Origin: a virus
IMG/VR virus record: IMGVR_UViG_2823662158_000001
Length of the DNA: 64,000 nucleotides
Strand: one strand, 5' to 3'
The translations under genes were made by a program, and so were the position numbers. Below, in pieces: positions 60,613 through 64,000 of the stretch (position 1 is its first letter; each line of letters begins with the position of its first letter). Under the pieces are notes generated by a model. That model was not told the origin of the DNA, searched no databases, and saw nothing but the letters and a program-made list of their open reading frames with translations.

Positions 60613-61777
60613 ATGTTTCAAACGACAACAGCGATAAAGAAACTAACCAAGCTAGAGAAGCGTATTAAAGTCGTACGCGGTGGTACAAGTGCCGGAAAGA
60701 CATTTGGCATACTACCTATCTTAGCTTCAAAGGCTGCCAAGTACCCCAACCAAGAAATAAGCGTAGTATCTGAGAGTGTACCACATCTTCGTAGAGGTGC
60801 TTTAAAGGACTTTTAAAGATTATGGCGGCCACAGGAAGGTATAAGGACTACCAGTTTAATAAAAGTGTCTTAAAATACACCTTTGACAATGGCAGTTACA
60901 TTGAGTTTTTTAGCGCAGACCAACCCGACAGGCTTCGAGGTGCAAGACGTACTACGCTATACGTAAACGAGTGTAACAATATACCTTTTGACTCATACTA
61001 TCAGTTAGCGATACGTACAAGCGGGGATATATGGCTAGATTATAACCCTGTTAGTACGTTTTGGGTAGATAATGAATTAATAGGTGGTGAAGATGTAGAC
61101 TTTATCACACTTACATACAAAGACAACGAGGCTTTACCAAGCACAATAGTAAAAGAGATAGAAAGCGCCAAGGAAAAGGCAAAGACATCTAGTTATTGGG
61201 CTAATTGGTGGAAGGTGTATGGCCTTGGTCAGATTGGATCATTAGAGGGGTTTGTATTCCGGACTGGAAAGAGATTAGAACACTACCAGAAGAGGCAAGG
61301 CTATTATGTTACGGCCAAGACTTTGGATATACTAACGACCCATCTAGCCTAGTAGCCCTGTACAAGTACAACGATTCATTTATATTTGATGAAGTTATCT
61401 ACCAAAAGAAACTACTTAACAGCGATATTAGCGACCTGTACAACACATACGGAGTAAATGAAGTAGTCTATGCAGATAGTGCAGAACCAAAGAGTATAGC
61501 AGAATTATGTGGTTATGGCCATGATGTTGTGGCAGTCACCAAGGGAAGAGACTCTATAGTCTACGGTATCAACCTGATGAACCAAAACGAGATATACGTA
61601 ACCAGCAAAAGTAAAAATCTAATCAAAGAGTTGTCAAATTACACTTGGATGACAGATAAAGAGGGAAACAAGCTCAATAAACCTATAGACGCATTCAACC
61701 ACGCTATAGATGCAGCACGCTACGCCCTAACATCACAACTAGAAGACCCTAACAGAGGTAAGTACTTCGTTTTCTAA
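60613..61777 (+). CDS. terL: Terminase large subunit (copy 2)
   Basis: Repeat of 27187-28350. Confidence 0.92.
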
Positions 61778-61813
61778 TTTGATACAATAACACTTGCTTT
61801 TAGTTATTTAGGT

Positions 61814-62564
61814 ATGAAAGCAAGTATTAAAATACCTTCCGGCCTTAATGAGATCACGTTAGGTCAGTACCAAAAGTTTAAGCAGACTGCGGATAAATTT
61901 GAAGAGAGCAACGATTTTCTACTCCAGAAGATGATAGAGTGCTTTTGTAACATTGAACTCAAACACGTCCTTCTAATAGAGAGAAAAAGCGTCTTAGAGA
62001 TTGCTAACGAAATCAACGCCTACTTTTCAGGTAACTATGAGTTGATACCACGATTCAAGATTAAAGATGTTGAATTTGGGTTTATTCCAAACCTTGAAAA
62101 GATCACACAAGGAGAATATGCTGATCTAGATTCATACATAACCGATTGGAAGCAGATGCACAAGGCTATGGCTGTCCTGTTTCGCCCAATCAAAGACACC
62201 AAAAAAGAAAAGTATTCCATACAAGACTACCAGGGTACAGACGAGTTCGCAGAGCTTATGAAGTTTATGCCTTTAGATGTCGCTCTCGGTGCTTATGTTT
62301 TTTTTATCATTTAGGAAGCGAATTGTTAAGCAGTACCCTAAGATTTTTGCAGGAGGAGGCCAAGACGATGGTCTTACAATGGGAGGACAATTCAGAGCTA
62401 AGTGGGGATGGTATCATTCAATCTATCGACTTGCTAACGGAGAAATACTCAACTTTGACCAAGTCACCCGCCAATCCCTTCACAAATGCCTCACCTATCT
62501 CTCCTATGAAATAGACAAGCAGAAAGTAGAGCAAAATGAACTCAATAAAAGCCTAAAAAGATAA
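61814..62564 (+). CDS. Tail assembly chaperone pair (copy 2)
   Basis: Repeat of 28387-29137. Confidence 0.65.
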
Positions 62565-63835
62565 TGCAAGCATATTACAACATATTAACCACCTTAAAAG
62601 CCAACTTAGAAGCTGATGCTTTTGTAACACAGTTTCCCAGGGAGATATTTTTGATATTGACTTAAACAAACAGGAGATATTCCCACTTGCGCACATTATA
62701 GTCAACGAGACAACTAAGGAGAAGAACATCTTAGTTTTCAATGTTACTGTGCTATGTATGGACATTGTAGACATTTCAAAAGGCGAAGCTACAGACACAT
62801 TTAGAGGAAACGATAACGAGCAAGATGTACTCAATACACAGTTAGCCGTGGGGCTTAGATTGGTAGAGGTGTTAGAGCGTGGAGGTAGTAATAACACTTT
62901 CATGATGAGAGGAACGCCAACGTTCGAACCGTTCACTGAAAGGTTTGAGAATAACATGGCGGGCTGGGCGGTTACGTTTGACATCTACGTACCAAACACG
63001 ATGCTCGCATGCGACTCTGTAAACACTCCAGAAGTTTGTAAGTCTGCCACAGTAAAAAATTCTACCGAAAGTTACACCGCGACAGTATCAAGCGGAGGGA
63101 TACTAACACTACCTGACATTGACATAAACGTAAATGGAACAGATGAGGGAGATATTCCAAGCGTTACAGATGTAAGCGTAAATCTTACAAATAGTGGGGG
63201 TACGGTAACTCCGAACTCAATTACAGTAACAGGTGGAACGGTTGACATTGTACTACCAGACGCAGCAATCCCGCAAGTTGGTGCAACGCTGATGAAAACA
63301 GGACAAACAACATCTTATGCGACTAATGATGATGGGGATTTGGAAGCTGGGCGCGCTACTGACTTCTTCACCCTTTCAGTAAACAACCCTTTGGCAATAC
63401 TAACAGATTTACCGACGAGTTAGGCGGTGCTACTTACTCTAACGACATTGTAATTGATTGGAGTACTTATGACACGGTTGCGGGTACGGTATTGGGTTAT
63501 TATCGAACGCCTTTATCCTCAGCTATATGGGCAACACAAGTAGCCAATTGTGCTGCGGTTTCAATCGGTAGTTTCACTAGCGGCTGGCGAATGGTTAACT
63601 TTCGGGAGTTTTTCAATATCCATAAAGGTGAGGGTAACCCCAACGTAAATTACTCTCCTTTTAATATAAACATGGGGAACTATCAATGGACTAGCACAAG
63701 TAGGGACGCTACTTTTGCAGTAGCTATTTTACGAATGGGGCAGGCACTTATACTTCAGTTCTACAAAACAAAGGCAATAGTTTTCAGTCAATAGCTTGCC
63801 GAACATTCACAGTAACAGGAACAACACTAACTTAA
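62564..63835 (+). CDS. Tail completion-DUF1566-like fusion (copy 2)
   Basis: Repeat of 29137-30407. Confidence 0.6.
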
Positions 63836-64000
63836 TACAGTACGAAAATGGCAAAATATAAATTTGAACAATTTAATGTAGAGATTGAGAACCCTACAAT
63901 AACAATAGACCCAACACAGATAAAAGTTGACGCGGTAAATAATACTATTTCGCTTTCGTTGATTTTGGAAACGACAGAAGCTAAAGTTTACGGTGTAGAG

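Larger units (their letters stand above)
1..64000 (+). repeat. Head-to-tail tandem of a ~33,425-bp phage genome (~1.9 copies)
   Basis: Near-identical ORFs recur at an offset of about 33,420-33,428 (1298/34723, 9527/42947, 24939/58365, 28387/61814). The copies differ by homopolymer indels and a few transitions. Confidence 0.98.

Noticed and set aside
1527..62984. Minus-strand ORFs in the ORF track (e.g. 7450-7995, 10914-11405, 16475-16888)
   Set aside because: They are antisense shadows of + strand genes with no recognisable motifs

Overview
The window holds about 1.9 head-to-tail copies of one ~33.4-kb tailed dsDNA phage genome (period ~33,425 nt; e.g. the tape-measure start is at 1298 and 34723). 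The first ~1 kb is a deletion-riddled version of the tail-tip gene that is intact at ~33,000-34,400. This is most likely an over-circularised or concatemeric long-read assembly: most frameshifts are homopolymer indels and many differ between the two copies. The phage looks like a siphovirus infecting Bacteroidota (Flavobacteria-like), judged from A-rich starts without Shine-Dalgarno sites and TTTG-N19/20-TAnnTTTG-type promoters. Every credible protein gene is on the + strand. Modules: TerS/TerL, tail chaperone with a probable -1 frameshift, tail completion and tip proteins, tape measure, XkdF-like prohead protease, scaffold, capsid, tail tube, portal, lysis cassette (holin, amidase, u-spanin-like), metallophosphoesterase, replication initiator-like gene, SNF2 helicase plus DNA methyltransferase, NinB/NinG-like genes and an ECF-like sigma factor. 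I recognised no integrase, DNA polymerase, reverse transcriptase, tRNA or CRISPR array. The most interesting signals are non-coding: (i) a gene bracketed like an integron cassette by an attC-like hairpin and complementary R boxes; (ii) promoter-terminator mini-units that would make U-rich small RNAs antisense to translation-initiation regions; (iii) a fixed-spacing ACAA-N14-AGTY-N8-ATG motif before four structural modules, suggesting leaderless late promoters for the phage sigma factor; (iv) a pseudoknot/attenuator-like RNA; and, among the proteins, (v) a tail-completion protein fused to a DUF1566-like adhesin. All family assignments come from motif recognition by eye, not database searches.
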